DNA of 64,000 bases from Octopus sinensis (lineage: Eukaryota). Under the pieces are notes generated by a model that worked only from the letters and a program-made list of their open reading frames with translations, did no database searches and was not told where the DNA came from. Both the position numbers and the translations under genes were made by a program. Shown here one piece after another: positions 14,103-25,599 of this stretch. The stretch's first letter is position 1. Each line of letters opens with the position of its first letter. The stretch spans positions 9,424,001-9,488,000 of the forward strand of contig NC_043007.1 of assembly GCF_006345805.1 (NCBI RefSeq), read 5' to 3'.

Positions 14103-14346
14103 AGGCAGTGAGGAGCAGAATCGTCAGCCTGCCTCGTAATGTGCTCTGTAGCATTTCGTCTGTCTTTACGCTCTGAAATCAAATTCCACTGGAGTCGACT
14201 TTGCCTTCCATCCTTTCAGGGTCGACTTTACCTGTCATAATTTCGAGGTCGATAAAATAAGTACCATTTGAGTACTTGTGTTGATGTAATCGACTCGCCC
14301 CTTACTGTGAGATTGCTGGCCTTGTGCCAAAATTTGATTCCAATAT
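14103..14346 (+). mobile_element. SINE family B, degenerate
   Basis: gtcgactttgccttccatcctttcaggg...gtcgataaaataagtacc, with a duplicated central segment. Confidence 0.75.
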
Positions 14347-14606
14347 TAGAATATACTAGACTTACTACCCAGCGTTGTCCGGTAAAGTATTCACGGAATT
14401 GTTTGCCAGCTTGTAGAATTGCATGTATATATATTTAACCTAAGTTCTGGACTTATTTAATTGAAACCATCCAAACAATATTAATCAGTTTACATGAGTA
14501 GAAGATTTTTTTACCAATTTTTATTCTGAAAATCACTTGTTACTTTTGTTTCAAAGTGAAACAGAGGAGAAAGAGAAACATATATAAACGTGTATATGAA
14601 ATGGAC

Positions 14607-14637
<31 letters not shown>

Positions 14638-15969
14638 TGAGAGAGAGAGAGTGTGAGAGAGAGAGAAAGAGTGCCATTTACACATACATAAGAACATACA
14701 AAATAGCTTTTTTTCTTAGAGAGCGTAAGACTATGTGTGTGTATATGTCACAGATAGCGGACGTGTGTTTGCATTGATTAGCTCGCCATGACATTCATTA
14801 TATGTGTGTGTATTCTTCATATGTTTGGGTATATGCTGACGCCACGGAAGCCATTTTTTTCGTCAAGAAATAACAAACAAAAAATTAATTTTAATCGTTT
14901 TCCTTAATTAATAGGTTCCCAAATATCACAAAAAATTGTACTGCACTGCCGAAGGTATGTATGAAAATAAATATGTAAAAATAAAAATTAAGATAAAATA
15001 TATTATTTCTGAAATATTTCGGTTACACACAAACATCCCTACAGTTTTATTATTATTGAGACTAACATTATCCGAATTAACAAATACTCTGGCAAGAAAT
15101 TTACTTCAAAGACAGTAGCTGCAAGAAACACATAAATACAAACAAATAAAGTAGTCATATCAGCATATACAAATTCACTAAGCAATGTTATAAGATACAA
15201 CATTACTTGTAACCAAAACTGCGAATTAAATCATACCACATAAGCATACAAGGGAAATGTGACGATACACACATACTAAAACCAGAACTCCTATATCAGC
15301 TATACCAGAACGTGTAATGACACAAGTACATCAGATCACAAAATGCATTACTTTAACGAATCAAACACCGAGGAAATATATAAACACAGTAAAGGCACAA
15401 ACAGAATAGTTTTAAAACGGAACAAGAACAGATAATACCAACACCAGGACATGAAAACATTTAATTAACACAAACGAGGGAGAACAAAATATGACACGAT
15501 GAGACACAAGAAAATATGGAATAACAAATCTGATCATAAAGTTAAACATCATTTTTATATGTGAGTGTGTATTAAGGAAAGCATCGTAAGGAAATAAATA
15601 CTATAACCCGGATAAAGATACATCGAATGGTATAATATAAAGGCTAGTAATTACTGCTTAAAATACTTGACAGACACAATAATATCAGCTCTAAAGCCAT
15701 AAGTGAATTTGATTCTGCAATAGGAATAAACAAACATATAGGTGCAGACGCGGCTGTGTGGTAAGAATTTTGCTTCCAAAACTACATAGTTCCGGGTTCT
15801 AATGACTGAAACGGGTACAAGATAAACAATAAAAGATAAACAACTAAATAAATATAAATAAATATATAGTAAAAGGAAATAGATAAATGTTTGCATTGCT
15901 TTCGTGCGAAACCTTTATAAAGGTAGCACACCGATTTTTCGGACACCGATGATCTGGAATATCTTATAA

Positions 15970-16293
15970 CTAGCAGTATCGCCCGGCGTTGCTCGGGTGT
16001 GTTTCGACCCCTTAGAATTGGAATTTTTGAAAAGTAAAAGTTTTGTAGTATGTACTTTGTTATTCTCTTTAAGTGAACATTTTTCTGGTTGAAATACACC
16101 GAAAAATGGCGACACAGCAGTAAAAAATGGTCCGATTTGATTTATTTTCTTCTACGGAAGGAAGAGCAAGCCTTCTTCTATCATACTCTCAATTTTGGTC
16201 AACGTGTGCCGCAGGGTCTCGGAGGAGATAGTGTTAGTTGAAGGCTACCAAACCTGCCATACACAGACAACTTCAGCTTTATATAGAGAGAGA
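15970..16293 (-). mobile_element. Non-autonomous Helitron
   Basis: Minus strand starts TC and ends CTAG, with hairpin cccgagcaacgccggg just upstream; inserted between A and T; homologous to 19465-19841. Confidence 0.85.
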
Positions 16294-16693
16294 TTTACGC
16301 TAATATAGAGGTATTTGTATTTCATTTAATTATTCAAGTTAATTTAATATATGTTTCATTTAGAGTGTGCGGATGAATATGACCAAGCGTGGCACGGAAG
16401 ATATAAGCAATCTGGAAAATCTTTGGAGAAAAATGTTCTGGGAAATCGATGTTGTACATGTAATTCATTTTAATTTTAGCCACTTCTAGAGGTAGAGGCA
16501 AGTCGGTCATGTTGATCCCAGAATACTGGTACTGTATTCTGTCAATCTTCTAATGTATAAAAGGCTAACTTAACAACGGAGGGTTTTGAACTCAGAACTT
16601 AACGAGGCGGAAGATATGCTACTAAACATTTTGCCTGACACCGCTACTTCTAAATTTGAAATTACACGTAATATCATAAAGAACAATGAAGGC

Positions 16694-16893
16694 GACAAGC
16701 TGCGCATGTTAGCACGGCAGGTAAAATGCTTAGTGGCATTTCTTACGTTCTTGGTTCTAATCCAGCCGAGATCGACTTGGCCTTTATTTCTTTCGGGGTC
16801 CGTAAAATAAGTAGCAGTTGAACAATGGGGTCGATGTAATCTACTTACCTATACATTGAAACTGCTGGCCTTGTGCCAAAATTTGGAACCAAT
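16694..16893 (+). mobile_element. SINE family B, degenerate
   Basis: Similar to the family B head, centre and ggccttgtgccaaaattt tail. Confidence 0.7.
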
Positions 16894-16984
16894 ATCATAG
16901 GGAACAACTTCTCACGCTTCTAGAGAGAGGGAAGCTTAAGTGCCACTTTTTAATGTGTACGTGTTAATCGATTGTGCTTATTTT

Positions 16985-17465
16985 TTTTATTGCCCACAGG
17001 GGGCTAAACGTAGAGGGGACAAACAAGGACGGACAAAGTGATTAAGTGGATTACATCGACCCCAGGGCGTAACTGGTACTTATTTAATTGAGGTGGTGAG
17101 CTGGCAGAATCGTTAGCACGCCGGGCGAAATGCGTAGCCGTATTTCGTCTGCCGTTACGTTCTGAGTTCAAACTCCGCCGAGGTCGACTTTGCCTTTCAT
17201 CCTTTCGGGGTCGATAAATTAAGTACCAGTTACGCACTGGGGTCGATATAATCGACTTAATACCTATGTCTGTCCATGTTTGTCCCCTCTGTGTTAAGCC
17301 CCTTGTGGGTAGTAAAGAAATAGGTACTTATTTAATCGACCCCGAAAGGATGAAAAGCAAAGTCAACCTCGGCGGAATTTTAACTCAGAACGTAAAGATA
17401 GGCGAAATGCCACTAAGCATCTCGCCGGGTGTGCTAACGTTTCTGCCAGCACCCTGCACGCCACC
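16985..17465 (-). mobile_element. SINE family B split by an antisense family B insertion
   Basis: Tail half 16985-17088 and head half 17323-17465 on the minus strand, separated by a plus-strand copy. Confidence 0.8.
17089..17322 (+). mobile_element. SINE family B, full length, 14-bp TSD
   Basis: TSD ggtacttatttaat at 17075-17088 and 17323-17336. Confidence 0.88.
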
Positions 17466-17981
17466 TTGTTTGGAATTAATATTAAAAAAACGTACATAGA
17501 GTTAATGCTGGATGAATTTCTCGTACGTAATTTTAGGCAAGTGATAATAAATACGATCAGCATCAACTAAGAATGAGAATTATTGTTGTGTAAAAGCTGG
17601 AGGAATTGATATTGACACTTAACAAAGATATTATCTCATTTTTCTGGTCACAAAGTTCTCTAAAGTTTGATGGGGTTTGCGCATGTTGCGTTTCAGGCGA
17701 TGACCTAAGCAATGACATAATGTGAGGGGTTTGTACGCCTGTAGACATATCCAACCACTGGAATGTAGCAAGATTCACAAAGAAGAAAACTGACTTTACA
17801 GACAAAAATCTGCAAATATTGCATTTGTGGTAGAAACTACTAATACACGCACGTTGCGAAAGACCAAGGAATCTTTGCAGCATTTCTCCTATTGACTCAT
17901 TCTCTCTGTATATGTGTAAGTGTGTATGTATGTATTCATATATACATATATATGCGTAAGTGCCTACATGCATGTGGGTGG

Positions 17982-18078
<97 letters not shown>

Positions 18079-18082
18079 CATA

Positions 18083-18304
18083 CGAGCTGGCAGAATCGTT
18101 AGCACGCCGGGCGAAATGCGTAGCCGTATTTCGTCTGCCTTTACGTTCTGGGTTCAAATTCCGCCGAGGTCGACTTTGTCTTTCATCCTTTCGGGGTCGA
18201 TAAATTAAGTACCATTTACGCACTGGGGTCGATGTAATCGACTTAATCCGTTTGTCTATCCTCGTTTGTCCCCCTCTGTGTTTAGCCCCTTGTGGGTAGT
18301 AAAG

Positions 18305-18309
<5 letters not shown>
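18083..18309 (+). mobile_element. SINE family B, full length, embedded in (TA)n
   Basis: Matches other B copies from cgagctggcagaatcg to gtaaagaaata. Confidence 0.9.
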
Positions 18310-18383
<74 letters not shown>

Positions 18384-18425
18384 TGTGTGTGTGCGCGTGT
18401 GTGTGTAAATGTATTCTGTAGCTAT

Positions 18426-18486
18426 GATAAAACTCGGAGTTTCGGATGTCGAGGTGGAAATCCACGCCGCTATCTCTTCAGTCATC
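18426..18486 (-). ncRNA. Type I hammerhead ribozyme motif, intact core
   Basis: Minus-strand RNA GAUGA-CUGAAGA-[G..C closed helix II hairpin]-GAAA-CUCCGAG-U-U-UUAUC: helix I of 5 bp, helix III ACU/AGU, GUU triplet. Confidence 0.65.
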
Positions 18487-18765
18487 CGGTCGTCGGAAAA
18501 AATGCTATGAAAATGACCGTTAAACAAAGGGAAATTACTGTGTGATTGACCGTTATTAAGACAAAAGAACTATTTGAATAACCGCTAAGTGAAGGGAGGG
18601 AGTAAAAATAAGGGGGTAAAAATGTTCATAGTATTCGCGTAAGCGCGCATGTTCATACTTACACATACGCGCCCGCACACCTACGTACATGCGCCTATAA
18701 TTATACACTCATCGACCCTCACTTGTAACATACACATTCTCACCCACATCATTCGCCAAAAAATG

Positions 18766-18821
<56 letters not shown>

Positions 18822-18829
18822 CCCACACA

Positions 18830-19330
18830 CACGCGCGCACCAAAAAGGTTCATACAGTCTATATACGCACAAGCAGAAGAAAAAACAGGGCTAAAGGCAA
18901 CAATACCAAAAAAAGTGTGAAGAAGTATAAAAACAATAAGCAATAAGAGTAAAACACGTTTATATACGCTCATACCCATATGCATGCACATACGCACGTC
19001 TATATACACGCATACCCGCAGACGTCTATATACGCACACATACACGCACGCGCGCACAAAAGAGTACCTACACACGTCTATATGCGAACATGCACCAGAA
19101 AAAATAGGGCTAAAGGCAAAAATACAAGAAAATATGTAAAAAATAGAATTAGTAAAACACGTCTATATACGCACATACTCGCATGCACGCACACACACAC
19201 ATCTATATACGCAAATACCCGCAAACACGCAAACATCACACGCGCGCACAAATGATTCCATATACACGTCTATATACGCTCAGGGAAAAAGCAGGGTGGA
19301 AGGTAGAATACAGAAAAATTATTTGTAAAA
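18830..19330 (+). repeat. Degenerate tandem repeat of about 200 bp (about 2.5 units)
   Basis: Anchor cacgcgcgcac at 18830, 19047 and 19239; agggctaaaggca at about 18888 and 19107; recurring cgtctatatacgc. Confidence 0.7.
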
Positions 19331-19464
19331 AATATATGAGCAATAAACCTTTTAAACAATATCTCTATAAATATGTAAAAAAAATATATGTATAAAAAAT
19401 ATTAAAATTTATAAAAAGATATACGAAATATAAGTAAAAAGTATAAAGAGCTATTTCTTATTTA

Positions 19465-19841
19465 TCTCTCTATATATAAAGCTGAAGTTGTCTGTGTATG
19501 GCAGGTTTGGTAGCCTTCAACTAACACTATCTCCTCCCAGACCTTGCAATGCAAGTTGACCAAAATTGAGAGTATGGTAGAAGAAGGCTTCCACTTCCTT
19601 TCGTAGAAGAAAAAATTCAAATCGGACCATGTTAACACTACAAACTATTTACATCAAAAAGGTGTTTCTTTTTCTATGAAAATCCCTATTTCTTACGACA
19701 TTTGGACTGCTGTGTCGCCATTTTTCGGTGTATTTCACTTAAAGAGAATAACAAGCTACATAATGCAAAAGTTTTACTTTTCAAAAATTCCAATTCTAAG
19801 GGGTTGAAATAAACCCGAGCAACGCCGGACGATACTGCTAG
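19465..19841 (+). mobile_element. Non-autonomous Helitron
   Basis: A|TC start; cccgagcaacgccgga hairpin followed by CTAG|T; homologous to 15970-16293. Confidence 0.85.
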
Positions 19842-20159
19842 TTATGTATAAAGAGATATTTCTTATATATTATGTATGTATATGTAATAAGTTAAAGAAC
19901 ATAAAAAATACAGAAACAAACGGATAGCTGCACGGAAGAGCACCAAATCTTCATTTATCGACCAGATGATCAAATGCAATCTCGCGACTTTCGATAATAC
20001 TAATCCATTCTGGTGGTGCCGGCAGCAAGAAACCGCCGGGAGATGGCAAGCCAATGAACAAGGGACCAACCTTGACAGAAAGTGATCAAACAAGAAATGA
20101 ATAAATATCCAATACAGAAAGGGACATATGTGTTTGTGTATAAATATATATATATATAT

Positions 20160-20567
20160 ATCTGGAAGACTGGAAGGAATTGTGCCAAGTTTTGGCATTG
20201 AAACTTACACCAATGCCAGAAAGGGACGATACTGCATAGTGCCAAAGATCCCAGAAATGCCATCACGCTTCAGGAGCAGTTACTGCAATAGCCTGGGTTT
20301 CAGGGGCCCACACCCTTTTAATATTCTCCCAAAGAGTCTGAGGAACTTGCACAAAGTAGATGTAGGGGTTTTCAAATCAAAGCTGGACCTCTTCCTGTCG
20401 AGAATCCCAGATAAACCTACCTCACGGCCAGAGGTGCAAATGAGGGTAGCTATATCAAACTCCATTCTTCACCAAGTGTAACATATTAGAGGAGGCTCTT
20501 AGTAATAACAGTGTAGCAAAACGGCGGAGCATCAGCATGGCCGCAGCTCTGAGCTGAAGCTAGAAAG
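20160..20567 (+). mobile_element. CR1/L2-like LINE 3' end (ORF2 C-terminus and 3' UTR)
   Basis: NSLGFRGPHPFNILPKSLRNL...VFKSKLDLFLSRIPDKP; 3' stem-loop cagctctgagctg; same family as 42060-42775. Confidence 0.8.
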
Positions 20568-21793
20568 AAGATATATATGTACGTATGCATGTGTGTGCAT
20601 GTGTATGTATTGAAAGAATATTCTTCATCTTGAAATGAAGTTTATATCTCATAACTTTAAGCAGGAGTAAAAATCGTATATTAAAAATATCATTTATATC
20701 TGCATATCTCATTGATTTGGTCACAAAGTCAACATTGATAGTTCTTACAATTAAAGAAAGTTATGGTTTATGGTTCAATTAAAACTAAAAATGCTGGAAT
20801 TACGTTTTTTTTTTTTTACTGTGAAACCAATCATAGTATAGTATAGACAGAAATATCTGTTGATTAATCAAATATGATAATGTTACTTTTCTAATTCTCC
20901 TATTTGGTATTGGTGTCAAAAGAATATTTCTATATTTATGTAATTTTCTATTTAGTAATATTTTCTATTCTTTGTTTGATTTCGAACAATCATCATATAG
21001 GAATTAGACATTGAAATTCATTTAGCATTCGTTTGTAAATTGGCAAGCAGCGTCTCACCGACATATGATCATGTTTGATATTTTCTTTAATATGCAAATA
21101 CTTATGGTCGTTCATCTATATGTTGGCATGTGTATATGTGTACAAATCTACATTGATATGTATTTATTCGTGTGTGTGTGTATGTGTGTGTGTGTGTGTG
21201 TGAGCGTAAATTCATATATGTCCATAAGTACGTATGTGTATTTGTAAATGATATCAAAGCGTATAAGAACATATCGAACATATATATCGCATACATGATA
21301 AATATATTTTACCAACATGTCAGTAGAAAATTTATACATCCAGCAACAACATACATACACACACACACACATACACCACACACACACACACACACAACAC
21401 ACACACACACAGAGTCGTACGTATGTAAGTACGTAGCTATGCACATGAGTATGTTTGCGCGTGTATGAATGTGTGTGAGTGCGTGATTAGTGAATGTGCG
21501 TGTGTGTGTGAGTATGTGCGTGTCGGTGTGTTTATCTATTTGATAACGATTATTGAAATTGGCTGTTTTTATTTTATTACTTTTTATTTCGTTTATTTAT
21601 TTAGTTTTCAATTTTTAAAATATTGTTTTAAATAAAAAAAATTAGCTGCATCAGTATCTACTGGAAGATAGGAAAGAAATTATTCTAATTGCCTTTAGAT
21701 GAGCTGAATGTAGACATAATTGGTAGTTTGTACAATATTTTGTAAAATATTATGCACACAGTATATATATATAGATATATATATATATATATA

Positions 21794-21832
21794 CAAACCT
21801 GTACATCATCTCCACACCTTCCAATATATATA

Positions 21833-21867
<35 letters not shown>

Positions 21868-21907
21868 TTATATATATTGGAAGGTGTGGAGATGATGTAC
21901 AGGTTTG
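21794..21907. repeat. Perfect 114-bp palindrome (56-bp arms, 2-nt centre) folded within (TA)n
   Basis: caaacctgtacatcatctccacaccttccaatatatataaat... is mirrored exactly to 21907. Confidence 0.97.
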
Positions 21908-22019
21908 ATTTGAAAACCCCACTAGAATGGGAGAAAGCGCTAATGATCTAAGTGATATGATATATATATATATATAAAATGTAATATATAAATAAATATA
22001 TATATATACACACAATAGG

Positions 22020-22465
22020 CACAGGAGAGTATGTGTGGCAAAAAGATTTCTTCCCAACCGCATGGTTCCGGTTTCAGTTCCACTGAGTGGCACCTTGGGC
22101 AAATGTCTTCTACTATAGCCTCAGTTATCATTCATCAACAGTCTTTCACCTCCACACCGATTAAGAAACCCCGACCAACCCCACACGCATCTAAATCCCA
22201 TATATAGAATCACAAAACCCCTTAATCCTCAGATCTGTTTGACAACGAATGCGAGAAATTCTCCAAAGAAGTTAACAGGAAAGTTTTGTCTAAAAGTTTT
22301 TTTAAAGGACTCCACACCCAAGTTATCATAGAACTTTATCGATCTATGAACAAAAATTTGTGTTATTAAAAATAATAAATTAAACTGATTAGAACTACTC
22401 GTTAAGTCATTCTTTTTCTTTTTCAAATATACTTAACTGTACCAAGGATCTCATACATTTTCCAA

Positions 22466-22504
<39 letters not shown>

Positions 22505-22700
22505 GTGTGTGTGCGTGTGTGTTTGTCCGCTCACCATCACTTGACAACCGATGTTGTTGTGTTTACGTTAGCGTCTCTTCAAAAGAGACCGATAGAATAA
22601 GTACCAGGCTTACAAAAAATAAGTTCTGGGGTTGATTTTTTTCGATTGAAGGTGATTGTACAGGATGGCCACAGTCAAATGACTGAAACATATAAAAGAG
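22020..22700 (+). mobile_element. SINE family C split by about 370 bp of unrelated sequence
   Basis: Head 22020-22123 (ggttccggtttcagttccactgagtggcaccttgggc); body and tail 22500-22700 (gatagaataagtacc...cagtcaaatgactgaaac). Confidence 0.75.
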
Positions 22701-22709
22701 TAAAAGAGC

Positions 22710-22903
22710 AAAGGTTATGGTGTTGCATTAACGATTGCTTGATTGTAGATTCGACTCTCACACTGGGCTGCACATATTGTTCTTGTGCAAAGTACTTCAT
22801 TTCAAGCTACTCCATTCCATTCAACTGCAAATGGGTAACCCTGCCACGGACTAACCCTTCCGATCAGTGAGAATGTTGACCTCTTCCCCTACCCAACGGA
22901 TAA
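22710..22903 (+). mobile_element. Degenerate SINE with a CORE/V-like central segment
   Basis: gattcgactc B-box-like; ctccattccattcaactgcaaatgggtaaccctgccacggact resembles CORE-type SINE centres (from recall). Confidence 0.45.
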
Positions 22904-23224
22904 AGTGATGTGAAGCGCATTGGGACCAGTGATGTGAAGCGCATTGGGACCAGTGATGTGAAGCGCATTGGGACCAGTGATGTGAAGCGCATTGGGACCA
23001 GTGATGTGAAGCGCATTGGGACCAGTGATGTGAAGCGCATTGGGACCAGTGATGTGAAGCGCATTGGGACCAGTGATGTGAAGCGCATTGGGACCAGTGA
23101 TGTGAAGCGCATTGGGACCAGTGATGTGAAGCGCATTGGGGCCAGTGATGTGAAGCGCATTGGGACCAGTGATGTGAAGCGCATTGGGACCAGTGATGTG
23201 AAGCGCATTGGGACCAGTGATGTG
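22904..23224. repeat. 24-bp minisatellite (agtgatgtgaagcgcattgggacc), 13 units plus 9 bp
   Basis: All units are identical except A>G at 23141. Confidence 0.98.
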
Positions 23225-24434
23225 TAACACGATTCAATTGTCTGGTCAATAAATACTGCCGTGCCGTGATATGCATACATGCACACATATCAGTGTGTGT
23301 CTTTCCGTCTGTGAATCCAACTGCAATGTTGTACTGATAAATGTTTCACCATGTCTTTATGTTGTCTTTGTAAGTGAAGTAATGCTTCTAGTGTTTACCG
23401 CATTGGCCTTGAGAACTACTTTCATTTACCACTATTCAATAATGCTGAAGAAGTATTTGTCCCCCTTTCCAAAATCGCTAAGCAACCATTTCAGGTTTTG
23501 AGTTCTGTCTCACTCAGGGCAACTGTCATCCTCTTTTAGCTCCGTGTCAACCAATGTCTTGTGAGTAAAATTTTGTAGACGGAAGCTGTATAAAACCTCA
23601 TCCTATACATACCAAGTATGTCCTTGTCTCTGTACTTTTCTCCTCCTAAAATTGAGAAATGTTGCTGTTTTGTTTACCTCCAAGTAGTAGAGGGTTTACG
23701 AAAAGAAATTGATTAAATACGTACCACACTTAAATACATTCGATCATATTACATAACAAATATACGTCATGCAGTTGATTTCTTTGACAAAATAGCTTCA
23801 TGGTGGAACCCCAGCATGGCCGCAGTACAATGAGTGAAAGAAGAAGAGAGAAAAGATCGTATGACAATGCGCTATAGCATTTATGAGAGTGTCCCTTTTT
23901 ATGTTACGACTGTAAGCTTCTTTTAAATACGTTTCCAGTTGCTCATATTTTCTCCTTTCATTTGTATCATCAATGGTCGTAGGCATTCAAACTTTTACGA
24001 CTGCCATGAAAATACCGAACACGTTTTAACAGCGAAATTCGTGGAAAAGCCTATTAAATGTCGATAACAAATTTGCATTAGGTATCGAATATAAAGAGTG
24101 GAGAACTAAAAGAAATATCGTATTTGTATCATGAGTAGCTTATTAAATATGATATTAATTCAAGCTTTGGTAAATATTATCATCAATGCAATATTACAAG
24201 CAAATATATTGTCTGTGTGTTATAGAAATTAAATTCACAGCCTAATTTATACGTCTACATTTATTTTGTTTCGTATGAATAATCTTCAGTACCTGCTCAG
24301 CAGGATATTCCGTTTAATCTTCATCTAATACGAAGTGATAAAGCTGCGGTAATGAAGTGGAAACCTTTACAAGCGATAGTTTAGAATTTTGACGCGTTCA
24401 TGCTTTACTCAAAGTAGGGATGATAATAAAATAG

Positions 24435-24680
24435 CTTTTATCTTCTACTTGTTTCAGTCACTAGACTGCGGCCACGCTGGGACACTACCTTGGTGCTTAT
24501 TATTATCTTTTCTGTTTTCTTTTAAAATCTGGTACTTATTCTCTGTGTCTGTCTTGTTGAACCGCTAGGACACGAGGAAGGAAACACAACATCACCGGCT
24601 GTCAAGTGGTGATTGAGGGCATAAATACAGACACAAAGAAACATACACGCAGACAAACACACACACGTACATATAATTTG
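24435..24680 (-). mobile_element. SINE family C, 3' part
   Basis: cttgtttcagtcactagactgcggccacgctggg...ggtacttattc...gtcaagtggtg. Confidence 0.7.
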
Positions 24681-24869
24681 TTACTATTTTTTTGCCGTTC
24701 ATTTAAGTTCGTTTAGAAATTGGGACAAAATGAATACTACCAGACTTAGTAAGCTAATTTGGACACTATATATATATATATATATTGGATTGTTTCAGCT
24801 TCCGTCTTCCAAGTCCATTCATTTTCATTGGCCCGAGGCTATAATAGTAGTATCGGTTGCTTCGGAAAT

Positions 24870-25015
24870 AATTAGTAAAGCAAAACAATATAGAACAGGC
24901 GATAATAGATGTGAATTTTGTGTGGAAGAAACGTACCAAATATTCACTTGTAAATTTACTCTGATGAGCATTAGACAAGAACTTGCTATGAAGTGTCCAC
25001 ACGGATAAAATATAC
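24870..25015 (+). mobile_element. Penelope-like GIY-YIG endonuclease C-terminal remnant
   Basis: AKQYRTGDNRCEFCVEETYQI...LMSIRQELAMKCPH resembles the CxxC...LLNKRSE..KCRH tail of PLE endonucleases. Confidence 0.6.
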
Positions 25016-25132
25016 GTTTAAACGATTTATGGAAACATAATTTACCATCTGTATTAATTATACTAGTTAAAATAATTATTGTGATAATTAATGATTTTTA
25101 TGCAAAGATTACTAATAAATATAATAATAATA

Positions 25133-25186
<54 letters not shown>

Positions 25187-25540
25187 TATTAATTGAGGGT
25201 ATAAACCCAAAATAAGTGAAATACCTCTGAATAAATAAGGTAGCCCATACAGTAAAATGTATACACAGCAGCTACAATTGATTGTAATGTAAGTAAACAT
25301 TTCAAAACCCTGCTTTAATATGTAAAATACCAACAGCAGAATCTTGTTTGAATTAGTTCCCTTCGAAAACGTCGTAATGATGGACCTTTGAAATTGCAGC
25401 AATTAGGATAAATAATTTGATATACAGAAATATTTAGTAGCTGCAGTAGAAACATATGTTGGTCATAAGCTGCAGAAAACATCTTAATAAAAATCTCCAC
25501 TCTCCTCTTGCTTTTCAATGATATATATATATATAATATA

Positions 25541-25572
<32 letters not shown>

Positions 25573-25599
25573 TATATATTATATATATATATATATATA

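Noticed and set aside
19950-20070. Minus-strand segment after a good acceptor encoding VGPLFIGLPSPGGFLLPAPPEWISIIESREIAFDHLVDK*
   Set aside because: No recognisable family, no compatible partner exon; cannot be supported without RNA data
22851-23288. Four overlapping repeat-peptide ORFs; superficial CRISPR-like regularity
   Set aside because: Pure tandem 24-mer with no unique spacers, so not CRISPR; openness follows from a unit length divisible by 3
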